Shown piece after piece: positions 1 through 13,819 of a stretch of 64,000 nucleotides of DNA. Numbering within the stretch: position 1 is the first letter of the stretch; each line of letters opens with the position of its first letter. The position numbers and the translations under genes were made by a program. Under the pieces are notes generated by a model. The model saw only the letters and a list, made by a program, of their open reading frames with translations, was not told the DNA's origin and made no database searches. Source of the DNA: the human T2T-CHM13v2.0 reference genome, Homo sapiens; NCBI RefSeq assembly GCF_009914755.1, contig NC_060943.1; one strand, written 5' to 3'.

Positions 1-1020
1 GAAGAAGGAAAATAAAATAGAATAAGACTTCTTGTCTCTGCTCGGACATGAGAAGAACTTCGAAGTTGTCACTTTTGTTCTTACAACAAGAAAAGGCTGA
101 ACAAACTGAGAATCAACAGCTTTTCTTAGACACGTCTAAAGAACTGCAGTAACACAGTGAATTACCATCCCCAAGTCTGGAGACACTGGCAAATCCAGAG
201 AGTTACTAATGAGATCCATTTACACAGGGCAGAAGCTGCTGGAGTCACTAACTGGTGAAGACATTTGCATGATAATTCTGACAAGTTGCTGCAGGCTGGG
301 TAACAATTAGCTCAAGAATGATAAATTTCTACAGGTGTCAGTCTTAGGAGTCCCCACACTTTCGTGGATTTTACCTCCAGTAACTCTACCAGTGAAGAGC
401 CCAGAAAGGCCCCCTAGCCCATAGCCCTGGTAGGGAGAAGGAAGAGTAACTGTTGTTAAGTATACCCAGAGCATTCTCCCCAACACAGGCCTATTCTCCA
501 GGGATAAAGAATTTATCGGTACCTTCTCCCACCTGGAAGAAGGGATTTCTCCTGGCCGGGCATGGTGGCTCGTGCCTGTAATCCTAGCACTTTGGGAGGC
601 TGAGTTGAGAGGATCACTGGAGGCCAGGAGTTCAAGACCAGCCCGGTCAGCATGGCAAGAAACCCCATCTCAAAAAAAAGGAGAAGGAGGAAGGAGGAGG
701 AGGAGATTTTCTCCTGAATCCAGCACGGCACATTCTAGACTTCCTGTCTCACCTGAAATGAATGGAGAGAAGCTGAGAATCACTTGTGAATGCCATAACC
801 CAGAGGCACAGGTCCCCTAAAAGACGGATATTTAATCGCAGCGTGTTTAATAATGACTTGCAAAGCTATACAGACCCTAATTCCTAGAACCTGTGAATGT
901 GACCTGTGGCAAGAGAGACTTTGATGGTGTGATTAAGATTCTCAAGATGGGGAGATCATTTTGAATTACCTAAGTGGACCTTCAATGTAATTGCAAGGGT
1001 CCTTAAAAGACAGGCAGCAG

Positions 1021-1325
1021 GGCTGGGCGCAGTGGCTCATACCTGTAATCCCAGCACTTTGAGAGGCTGAGGCGGGAGGATCACGAGGTCTAGAGATCGA
1101 GACCATCCTGGCCAACATGGTGAAATCCTGTCTCTACTAAAAATACAAAAATTAGCTGGGCATGGTGGCACGCACCTGTAGTCCCAGCTACTCAGGAGGC
1201 TGAGGCTGAGGAATCGTTTGAACCTGGGAGGCAGAGGTTGCAGTGAGCCTAGACTGTGCCACTGCACTCCAGCCTGGCGACAGAGTGAGACTCCGTCTCA
1301 AAAAAAAAAAGAAAAAGAAAAAGAA
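1021..1325 (+). mobile_element. AluS
   Basis: Full-length dimer with poly(A). Confidence 0.95.
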
Positions 1326-1697
1326 AATCTTCATCCCTTCCCAAGACAAAGCACGAATATTCCTCCCCTTGCTCTTAACGTTCAGCCCCTTCAAGAATGA
1401 TACCCTATATCTGTAACTTCCCAGTTCTCAGGAGCTGAGAAGTTGATTTGTAAGCCCAGCTCCCACTTCCCCAATCCTGTAGCTGTTGAATGAAGCCTGC
1501 ACTGCTCAATACTCACTGTTGGTTTCACATATTAGCTTCATGACTTGGAACAGGAAACAGTCCCCTTTCTAGGGTGACCAGGACCCCCAGTAACAAGATG
1601 GGTCTAGGAAGGAAAAGCACTGTGCACTCCCAGGCCCCAGCACCTGGGCTCCTGATTTGGGGAAGAATTGACTTCTTTAAATTATCAGATGTTCTGA

Positions 1698-2027
<330 letters not shown>

Positions 2028-3007
2028 TCATCAGCATGGTGTAGCTTGCCATTATTCAGGATGTTAATTCCTCTCAACAATGTGCTCCAGCTTTCAGTGT
2101 AGTGGTCTTGGAACCATTTTGTTAGTTTCACTTTTAAGAATACTGTGATTTGAGGTGCTATTTTAAAAGATACTGTATCTTAAGTTTAATTTTCCGATAG
2201 TTGCTACCAGAGATATAGAAATGATTTCTGTATGTTGACTTTGGATGCAGCTGCTCCGCTAAATTCTCATAGTTATATCCAATTAGAGGATATTTTGGAA
2301 TTTCTATGTATGTTATCTTGTCATTGAAAACAATTATGTTTTGCTTCTTCCTTCCCAATCACTGTGCCTCTTATTCTTCCTGCTTCATTGAACCCGCTAG
2401 TAGTTTTATTACAATGTTGCATAAAGTGGTAATAACAGATATCCTTGTTTTTCTTGATCTTAGGGAAAAAGTGTTCAATTTTCACTATTCAGTATAACTG
2501 GAAGTCCATGCCACATAAATACAGTAACTTCAGTGCCATTCACCAATAAAATTCTAGTTCATAGTTGTATTCAATGTATATATAGTGTTTTAATTTTTTT
2601 ATTTTAAGAAACAGTCTCGCTCTGTTGCCCAGGCTGTAGTGCAGTGGCACGATCACAGCTCATTGCAGCTAACTCCTGGACTCAAGCGATCTTCCTGCCT
2701 TAGCCTCCCAAAGAGCTGAAATTACAGGTGTGAGCCACCACAGCGCCCAGCCATTTAAAAAATATTTTTAATTCATGGATCACAGTTTAAAATTTGGAGC
2801 TCTCTCCCAGTAATCTGAATGCCTAACTTCTCTTGAAATAACTGACTATCTTGCATGCCCACATAACAGCAATTAGCCCAGGGAAGCAGGAGCTGCCCCT
2901 CTTTACTATGCTGCATTCCCCACCAAGGGCTATGGTCTCCCCTGAGCTGAGGCCAAAACAAGTAGACTGACAAAGCTTTGTCAATATCTTGCCCCATTGT
3001 TTATCTT

Positions 3008-3308
3008 TTTGTTGTTGTTGTTGTCATTTGAGACAAGGTCTTGCTCTTGTCTCCCAGGCTGGAGTGTGGTGGCACGATCATAGCTCACTATAGTCTCCAA
3101 CTCCTGGGCTCAAGTGATCCTTCCGCCTCAGCCTCTTGAGTAGTTGGGACCACTGGTGTGTGCCACCATGCCTGGCTAATTTTTTTATTTTTTGTAGAAG
3201 TGGGGTCTCACTGTATTGCCCAGGCAGGTCTCAAACTCCTGGGCTCAAGTGATCCTCCCGCCTCAGTCTCCCAAAGCCCTGGGATTACAGGTAGAAGCCA
3301 CCATGTCC
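3008..3308 (-). mobile_element. AluJ
   Basis: Antisense dimer. Confidence 0.9.
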
Positions 3309-3532
3309 CACTCCCATTATTTATCTTACCCCAGTCCTACTTATTTTCTATACCTGCTTTTCTCTTGTAGGGACTCGACTGTGTAATTCCTGGGAAAACA
3401 GATGCACTGAGCCATTAAATAAAAATTCGTCTAGCTGAAATCGCTTGAACCTGGGAGGCAGAGGTTGCAGTGAGCCGAGATCACGCCACTGCACTCCAGC
3501 CTGGGCCACAGAGCGAGACCCTGTCTCAATAG

Positions 3533-3535
<3 letters not shown>

Positions 3536-3572
<37 letters not shown>

Positions 3573-3582
3573 ATACGTATAC

Positions 3583-3654
<72 letters not shown>

Positions 3655-3656
3655 AT
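3536..3656. repeat. Compound microsatellite (TG)n(TATATG)n
   Basis: Directly visible. Confidence 0.97.
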
Positions 3657-4762
3657 TCCTCTAGCCAGGCTGGGTGCAGTGGCTCAAGCCTGTAATCCCA
3701 GCGCTTTGGGAGGCCAAGGCAGCAGGATCACTTGAGCCTAGGAGTTCGAGACCAGCCTTGACAATACAGTGAGACCCCCCCCCCGCCCCCCCACCCCTCT
3801 CAAGAAAAAAACAATTCCTCTAGCCAAGGGTTTACTCTCTAACTTCATTTCTCACGGTGGATCCCGCTCAAGCAGAGTCCGGGAGCCAATCCATGTCCAA
3901 TTGTGCCCCCTGCTGGACAAGGTCCACTTGTTCAGAGGAAACTTGCGGAGAGATGGAGAGCTCCAGTTGAGATGCTCCAGCTCCCTCTGCCAACACAGTT
4001 TAATAACAAGTAATAAAGTAGAAAAACAATATAGCATAAAAATAATTGAAAAATTATTTTAATTAATAGTATGAAACAAAAGAGATGGTAGATTAGCAGC
4101 TTGCTGCTAATAAGGAAATTAAATTTTCTGGTAAAATTATAATAAGCAATGGTAAGAGAACAGAATAAAAATAAAATGAGAAAATCTAGCAGAAATAATT
4201 AAGGAGAAGATGATGACGATGAAAAAATAAAATTGAATTAGAGGCGTGAAATATAATACTTGGCACACAGAAAACAAAAGCCAGTGGTTCAGAGTCCAAG
4301 TTCAGGAAAATCGCACAGGATGAAAGGGAAAGAATCAAAGAATGAAGTAATGAAAGGGAAGGTTCTCCGAAGGAGTCAGATTATCAGCAGAATTCTTCAT
4401 TTAACTTCTTGCTAATAACTAGAAAACTCGGGATAAATTGATGATTTTTCAGGAACATGTAAATTACAAAAAAATATTCTCAAGGAGAGACGTATTAAAT
4501 CAATTGACAATTTTAATATACACAGACAGGATCATCTTAAATTATTTCAAGCTATCAACAGACAATTCTGATATAATGTAAACGAAAGAGAAAAATAAAG
4601 AGCTTCACAATTGTTTGTACAGAGCGAGCATCACATAACATGAAAACCTAACAAGGTAATACAGAAAAGGAAAAGTATATAGACAAATCTCCCTATGAAT
4701 ATTGACATGGAAATTCCAAATATTTGGAATTTAGCGATAAAAACCTCCAGTAATTTTTTTTA

Positions 4763-4933
<171 letters not shown>

Positions 4934-5712
4934 CTAAAACGCACACACACACAAAAACTCATATCTCTTTAAAAATAAATAAACAAACAAATAAATAAGC
5001 CATGTTAAAATGGATATTACCTAAGAATAATGAGATGATTGGATATTAGAAAATCTATTAAAATAAATTGTGTATAGATTAAAAGAGACTATGATATCAT
5101 TTTGTTAGATGTCGAAAGGGCATGTCATAAAATATAGTAACTTTTCCCCCAAAATTCCCTTATATAAGATTATTTGCTTAATCTAAGATTACATATTTAT
5201 AATCTTAGATTTACATATATTATATTTAATCTTAGATTTATATATATATTATATTTACCTACCTGTCTACCTAATCTACAAAGCCAAAAGCAGTTAAATG
5301 CTTCTATGTAAAACATTATGTTGCCCGCCACCCCAGGACGTAGTCCTACGATCACTACTCTTTGGCATCTTCACTCATTCCCAAAGCAATCTCATCCAGT
5401 CCAAAGGTTTTAAATACTATCAAACATTGATAAGTCCCAAATATACATCTTCATTCTAGTCTTCAGTTTGCAGCTTTAGATCCATACATTTAATTGCCTG
5501 TTTGGATATGTACTCTGCGTCTCAAATTCATCGTGTCCAAACCTTACTCTGGACACCCACTCCAAGCCTGCTCCTCCTACATTCTTCCTCATCTCAGTAA
5601 ATGTTAACTCCATTTTCCAGCTGCTCAGACCAAGGATCTTGGAGTCTTTTTTATCACTCTTCCTTCTCTTACACCCTGCATCCAGTCAGAAATCCTCTCA
5701 GTTCTACATTCA

Positions 5713-5814
<102 letters not shown>

Positions 5815-5967
5815 CTAGACAACATGGTGAGACATCATCTCAAAAAAAATTATATACATCTATATCTATAATCCAAATATATATATATATATTCAAAACT
5901 ACTTCTTCTCTTCCTCCTCCTGCTCGTTCTTCTTCTTCCTCTTCTTCTCCTCCTCCTCATTCTTCTT

Positions 5968-6249
5968 CTTTTTTTTTTTGAGATGGAGTCTCACTCTGTC
6001 ACCCAAGCTGGAATGCAGTAGCATGATCTTGGCTCACTGCAAACTCCGCCTCTCAGATTCTCCTGCTTCAGCCTCCCAAGTAGCTGGGATTACAGGCATG
6101 TGCCACCACGCCCAGCTAATTTTGTATTTTTAGTAGAGACAGGGTTTCACCATGTTGGCCAAGCTAGTCTTGAACTCCTGACCTTGTGATCCGCCTGCCT
6201 TGAACTCCCAAAGTGCTGGGATTGCAAGCATGAGCCACCGCGCCCGGCC
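5968..6249 (-). mobile_element. AluS within a CT-rich tract
   Basis: Antisense dimer. Confidence 0.9.
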
Positions 6250-7559
6250 TCATTCTTCTTTTCTTCTCCTCCTCCTCCTTCTTCTTGTCCTTCTTCTTCT
6301 CCTCTTTCATCATCTCCATCCTCCTCTTCTTCTTTCCTCACCTCTTCCTTTCTTTTTCCTCCTCACCACTTCTTTTCCTTTTCTGATCAATAGAACCCTG
6401 AAGCCAACAGGTGGGGCAGAGCAAGACAGATAGCTGCGCAGAGGTCATCTGGAATGGGGAGCTCCAAGCAGATTGAGGAGGGTATCTACCCAGGGATGTC
6501 AGAGGGGAGTGTCAGAACCTGCGGAGGGAGGGCACTTACATGTGTTTGCACACAGGGATGGCCCCTTATGGGTGTCAGAGCTTGAACAGGGTGAGTGGAG
6601 TCCTTTGCCAGAGGGCACCCCAGTAGTGGGAAGTGGGACCAAGCAGGATGAGGAGCCAGTCATGCTGGAGAGGAGCAGTGGCTGAGATGAGGGACTAGTT
6701 ACACTCAGGAGACTGACTGAACAAATGAGTAAATATATCATGATTAATGGGAAACGAGTTTCTCATTCTCAGAGAAGGGATTTACACATATGGGAAGGCA
6801 GAAAACTACAAAGACCCATGTAGTACTGGATTGCAACTAGAGGTAAAGGAGTGAATTCATAGATTTCAATCTGTTTCATGAATGAAATAACACGTGAATG
6901 CAAATGAGAGACCAATTCCAACAAAGTCAGGATCAAGACAATGGCACCCAACTATCACAATGATTATTTAACATTCTAACAGTGGGGTTCTTGGTTGCAA
7001 AGGAAACCAATTTGGGTTAACTTAAGCAACAAAAAAGAATTCAGTCATAAGACCTTGGGCAGCTGACAGATTCAATGAAAAGGCTAAAGTACCAAGTTTA
7101 GAAAGTGGGTCAGAACCCAAGGAAACAATGAAAGAAGAACTATCTCCAAGTTTCCCTAGGGACAGCCCAGTTCAGTGCCATCAAAATGAGTACTGAGCCC
7201 TTCTTTATGTCTTTATAAAGTCTCAGTGTAAGTTTAGTCAGATACCTGCATGCTAGCCACTAGGTTTCCAGGAAAGTATGTATCTAGATTTTAGGTCCTT
7301 AGAGGTGGGAAGGAGGACTTCCTATCATGATGGAACCCCCTAATAGAGAAATGTAGTTCAGCTGTGCACTGCAAACAATGCTCCGAGAGTGCTAGCCCAA
7401 TGCAATTACAAAACAGAACCATATAAATGGTATCAACCCTGGAAAGGATATATCTTTATTATTTGCAATTAGCATGATTATATGTCTGGGAAATTCAAAA
7501 TTAACTGGGAAAAGGATTACAGGCAACACAGTAACTCATTAAAGTATCAGTTACAAAAG

Positions 7560-7790
7560 GGTTTTACAATTTGTCACTATTGACATTCTGAACTGGATAA
7601 GCCTTGGTTGTGGGAGGACAGAAGAGATGTTCAGTGCATTGTAGGATGTTTAGCAGCATCCTTGGCCTCTATTCACTAGATACCAGTAGCACTCCCTCCC
7701 CTACCAAGTTGTGACAAATAAAAATGTCTTCAGACCTTGCCAAATGTCCCCTGGGGGGAAGGCAAAATCACCCCCATTTAAATTGGGTTG
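7560..7790. mobile_element. MER20
   Basis: CACTATTGACATT..GCATTGTAGGATGTTTAGCAGCATCC..CAAATGTCCCCTGGGGG. Confidence 0.8.
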
Positions 7791-8187
7791 TGCAATTAAT
7801 TTATAAGAATCAATAACTTTCTTACGTTAAAAAACTAACCAATTAAAAGTTATAATGAGGCCAGGCAAGGTGACTCATGCATGTAGTCCCAGCACTTTGG
7901 GAGGCAGGAGGAGTGTTTGAGCCTGGGAGGCAGAGGTTGCAGTAAGCCAAGATTATGCCACTGCACTCCAGCAGGGGTGACAGAGCAAGACTCTGCCTCA
8001 AAAAAAAAATTATAATGAAAAAATCATTCTCGTTCATATTTAAAGCACCTCAAAATCAGATTAAATCCATCTGAAATGGCTTTGTGTATGGTATGAGGTA
8101 GGGATCTAACTTTACTTGTTGATTCTTTACAAGATCCTGATTAGTGTATTTATCTTATATCTTGCCAAATCAAATAACTTGATTATT

Positions 8188-8742
8188 TTTCTAAATTTAA
8201 TTTTAAGTTCCAGGATACATGTGCAGGACATGCAGGTTTGTTACATAGCTAAACATGTGCCAGGGTGGTTTGCTGCACCTATCAACCCATCACCTAGGTA
8301 TTAAGCCCTGCATATATTAGCGATTTATCCTGATGCTCTCCCTCGCCTGGCGCCTCCGACAGGCCCCAGTGTGTGTTGTTCCTCTGCCTCTGTCCATATG
8401 TTCTCATTGTTCAGTTTCCACTTCTAAGTGAGAACATGTGGTGTTTGGTTTTCTGTTCCTGTGTTAATTTGCTGAGGATAATAGCTTCCAGCACCATCCA
8501 TGTGTCTGCAAAGGACACAATCTCATTCCTTTGTATGGCTGCATAGTATTCCACGGTGTATATTTACCACATTTTCTTTATCCAGTCTATCATTGATGGG
8601 AATTTTGGTTGACTCCATGTCTTTGCTATTGTGATTAGTGCTGCAATGAACATACACATGCATGTATCTTTATAATAGAATGATTTATATTTTTTGGTAT
8701 ATACCCAGTAATGGGATTGCTGGGTCAAATGGTATTTCTGAG
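8188..8742 (-). mobile_element. 5'-truncated L1PA/L1PB 3' end
   Basis: Canonical L1 3'UTR sequence; TSD AACTTGATTATT at 8176-8187 and 8743-8754. Confidence 0.9.
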
Positions 8743-9309
8743 AACTTGATTATTAGTTCTAAGGTTTTTCTGTAAATTCTCATGTGTTTTTTTAGGTAGA
8801 TGTTCATGTTGTCTACAAAAATGACAATCTTATCCTTTCATTTCTCACATTTATACCTTATTTCAACTTTCTCTCTGGCTATCTTTCCTAACACCACAAA
8901 TGCAATGATAATTGTGGTAATAGTGGGACTCTGCCTCATTTCTAGCTTTAGAGTTTCATCATTATGACCAATGAGTGCCTGAGTATGGCTAGTGTGACCA
9001 AGTAACTTAATTTTCAGTGTTGTTTCACTGTAATTAATTTAAACTTAAATGGGCTTGGCAAACCTGGCCCATCTAAAAATAAATAAAATTGAACTTCTAT
9101 CTCATCTCAGACTATATACAAAAATACATGCCAGGCTTAAACATACAAAAAGAAAAGACATGAAAGAATTTGAAGAAAATGTAGGAAAGAGGCCAGATGT
9201 GGGGGCTTATGTCTGTAATCCTAGCAATTTGGGAGCCTAAGGTGGGAGGACTACCTGATCCCAGAATTTCAAAAGCAGCCTGGGCAATATAGGGAGACCC
9301 TGTCTCTAC

Positions 9310-9545
9310 ACAGAAAAGAAGAGAGAGAGAGAGAGAGAGAAAGAAAGAAAGAAAGAGAAAGAGAGAGAGGGAGGGAGGGAGAAAGAGAGGAAGGAAGGAA
9401 GGAGGGAAGGTAGGAAGGGAGGGAGGAAGGATGGAAGGAAGGAAGGGGAAGGGAAGGGAAAGAAAAAGAAAGAGAAAGGAAAGGAAGGAAGGAAGAAAAG
9501 GAGGAAAGGAGGGAGGGAAGGAAGGAAGGGAGGGAGGGAGGGAGA
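9310..9545. repeat. (GA)n/(GAAA)n/(GGAA)n purine tract after an Alu monomer
   Basis: Directly visible. Confidence 0.95.
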
Positions 9546-10467
9546 CGATGTGGCTGTGATGGTAACTTTCTTAGCCAAGAGAAGAAACCCAGAAGCTGTG
9601 GAGAAAAAGAGTGGTCATAAATGACTATGTGAATATAAAAAAATTTTGTATGGTAAAATGTACCAAAAACAAAATCAGTGCACTAAGGGGTCAGGGATGG
9701 TAAATTTTTCAATATATATGGCAGATAAAAGCCAAGATCTATATTCCAGCAAGAACTCTTACAAATTGAATTTGTTTTAAAAAAGACAAACATTCCAATA
9801 GAAAACAAGCAAAGAATGTGATTAGAGAATTCACAGAAAAGCAAATCCAAAAGGCTAAACATGAAACAACTGCTCAAATTAACCAGCGGTTTGAAAAGTG
9901 CTTATTTGAGTCAAAATAAAATGTCATCTTACACCTATGAACTGGAAAAATTATAACACCCTTAAGCTGGCATGGATCTGAGGAAATGTGAGCACCTTTA
10001 AGTTGGCATGGGGGTGACGAAAAGAGTACCCTTACATGTAGAAGCAATTTTGGATCATCCATTAGCAATACTCCCACACATTCACTTTATCTCAAAATCC
10101 ACCTCCTAAGAATCTACCCTATTGAAACAAAAGCAGCACTACAGAAGGTAAATATACAAGTAGGTTAATTGTTGCATTATTCGTGGCAGCAAAACTGGAA
10201 ATAACGTTAATGCCCATCAATCTGATAATGGCTGAGTAACTTTGGTTTGCCAACACCACTGAGTACAGGACAAATGTTTAAAAATCACAACAAATTGAAC
10301 AAAGAAGCAGCTAGGTAAAATCAATTTCCCTTAAGCCAGATATGAAAGAGATTTGCAAAAAATGTAAAGCAATGTCAGTCTTTACATTGATTTTCATTTT
10401 TGAAAATGTAGGCATTTTTCTTTAAATATATTAATTGTGTTAACAATTAACATATAACATGCATTGG

Positions 10468-10771
<304 letters not shown>

Positions 10772-10910
10772 TTATCATTGTTATTTAAAATAAATATATA
10801 AATATTTTGAAAATAATTCTCATTGAATGAAGATTATAAGGGAACTATAAATGTAACTAGAAAAATATTAAACAATTCAATAGAAAAATTCACTAATGAT
10901 CTGAGTTTAT

Positions 10911-11262
10911 ACCTTAGTCCATTCAGGCTGCTGTTAAGAAAGTAGCACAAATAAACAAAATACCACTTTGAAACAAGAGAAATTTATTTCTCACTATTCT
11001 GGAGGCTGGGAAGTCCAAGATCAAGTCACTGGCAGATTAGGTGTCTGGTAAGGGCCCACTTCCTGGTTTGTAGAAATGAGGACTTCTGGCTGTGTCCTCA
11101 CATGTTGAAGGGGAACTCTGGGGCCTTTTTCTTAAAGGTCCCAGTCCCATTCATGAGGGCTTTACTCTCATTGCTTCATCACCTCTGAAATGCCTCATCT
11201 CCTAATATTATCACATTGTGATTCAATTTCAACATATGAGTAGAGAGGGACACACACATTAA
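10911..11262 (-). mobile_element. MLT1A/MST LTR
   Basis: TCTGGAGGCTGGGAAGTCCAAGATCAAG..TTTCAACATATGA. Confidence 0.75.
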
Positions 11263-11671
11263 TAGCAGCAAACTTCACAAAAAGAAAATCCGAATGACCA
11301 CGAATTATATAAAAGGATTCTGAATAATTTATTATTTTTAAAACATATGGTGAAATTAGCAGTATTGCACCAATATTCATCTCCCGGTTTTGAACATTAT
11401 GCTGTGGTTATATAAGAGAGTAACTTTAGGGAAGTTCAGTGAAGGGTTTGCAGGAATTTGCTGTACCATTTTTACAACTTTTCAAAACACTAAAATTAGC
11501 TCGGCATAAACAGTTAAAAATGTGGAGGAGTCAAATTTTAACATTTTACATTAGAGTATGGGAACAATGATTTCTCAGTACTTTTAGCTGTTACTTTTTT
11601 CTCTGTTCACCTTACTGCGCAGTTCTGGTACTAAATAGATGCTCACTTTGCCAGCAAAAGGTCCTAGTGTT

Positions 11672-11968
<297 letters not shown>

Positions 11969-12469
11969 GTCCTAGTTTTAGTGATGTTGCCAAGTTATTA
12001 AGGTTCCTTCCTCACTAATCGAAACTAATACAAGGAAAGGATTACTTCCTCTTTGGGAAATCTGGTCAAGCTGATGATCCAATTTAATTAAAACAATACC
12101 ACAAATTGAATCTTTGTTTACTGCTTGAAAAGCTACTTTCTAGATCCTTTTGTAGTTCATAAGTGTGAGGACTGGGTTTTCAGGCTCGTGTATAAGATGT
12201 GCCTCCCTCACTCCTTGTTACAACATCGGCATATTACTCATCTGAATGGAAAAAAAAAAGCTTCTGAATAGTTTCAGAAGTAGATGTTAAGATTCATCTT
12301 AAAGTAGTCATATAGGTCAAGAAATGAAACATACACAATATTTCAGAATCCCCTGCATGTGGCTTCCCCAGTAATAATCCATGCCTCCCTCCAGAAGTCA
12401 GTAACATTCTAACTTTTTGATAATTTTGCGCTCACTTTTCTTTTTATTGCTATTAGTTATGTAGTTTTC

Positions 12470-12778
<309 letters not shown>

Positions 12779-12979
12779 ATAATAGTTTTCTTTTAGCTAT
12801 TTTTAAGATTACATATTTACATGTATGGAACAAGATTCCATGTGTTCATTTGATTTTGCAAATTTTTATAATATCACATTGATGACAATATTCTATGTAC
12901 TCATATAGCTGTATTTCATTTTTTCATTGCTGAATAGTATTCCATTATGTGGATATACCACACTTCATCGATCCACTTG

Positions 12980-13212
12980 CCTTATAAGTGGGAGCTAAAT
13001 GATGAGAACACATAGAGGGGAACAACACACACTGGGGCCTACTGGAGGGTGGAGGGTGGGAGGAGGGAGAGGATCAGGAAACATAACTAACGAATACTAG
13101 GTTTAATACTTGGGTGATGAAGTAATCTGTATAACAAACCACCAGGACACAAGTTTGCCTATGCAACAAACCTGCACATATACCCCAAACTTAAAATAAA
13201 AGTTTTAAAAAA
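12980..13212 (+). mobile_element. L1PA 3' end
   Basis: TAAGTGGGAGCTAAATGATGAGAACAC...AACTTAAAATAAAAG. Confidence 0.85.
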
Positions 13213-13581
13213 GTGTATTCAAGAGTTGAGATTTAGCACAATTAATAGCTTTTACTGTTTCATCAAGTGCAATCTTAAATGAAGCTGGAATTTTCCTTAA
13301 CAGTGAGTGTGAAGTGATAAAGAATACAACTTTCTAGCACAATTTAGTGCTATTACCTTGCTTCCTGCTAAGGTTACAGCCCTTTTATGTACCATTGCTT
13401 TTGCACCAGCAATGTAATGTCAACACAGAGAAAAACGCAAATAACATCTGTGTATTATTACTAAAATAGTTTTGACCTTGAAGATGCCCCCTGAAAGAAT
13501 CTTGGTATCTCCTAGTAGAACCCTGTCTCTAGAGGATGCATCTTAGAGGAACTTCTGTATATATGTCAGTATGCCTGTGTA

Positions 13582-13801
13582 CAGATGCTCCTTAACTTAT
13601 GGTGGAGTTTCATCCTGATAAATCTGTCATAAATTGAAAATATAGTAAGTCAGAAGTAATTTTCTACTTAATATTTTCCATGTATGATGGGATTATACTG
13701 AATGTGTACTCAGTATACTGAGTACTGAATGTGTATGGCTTTTGCACTATCGTAAAGATGAAAAATTATAACTTGAATCATCATAAGTCAGGGATGGTCT
13801 G
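13582..13801 (+). mobile_element. MER47/Tigger5-type element
   Basis: TA-flanked CAGATGCTCCTT..ACTTA / TAAGTCAGGGATGGTCTG termini. Confidence 0.75.
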
Positions 13802-13819
13802 TATGTAAGTGTGTGTATA

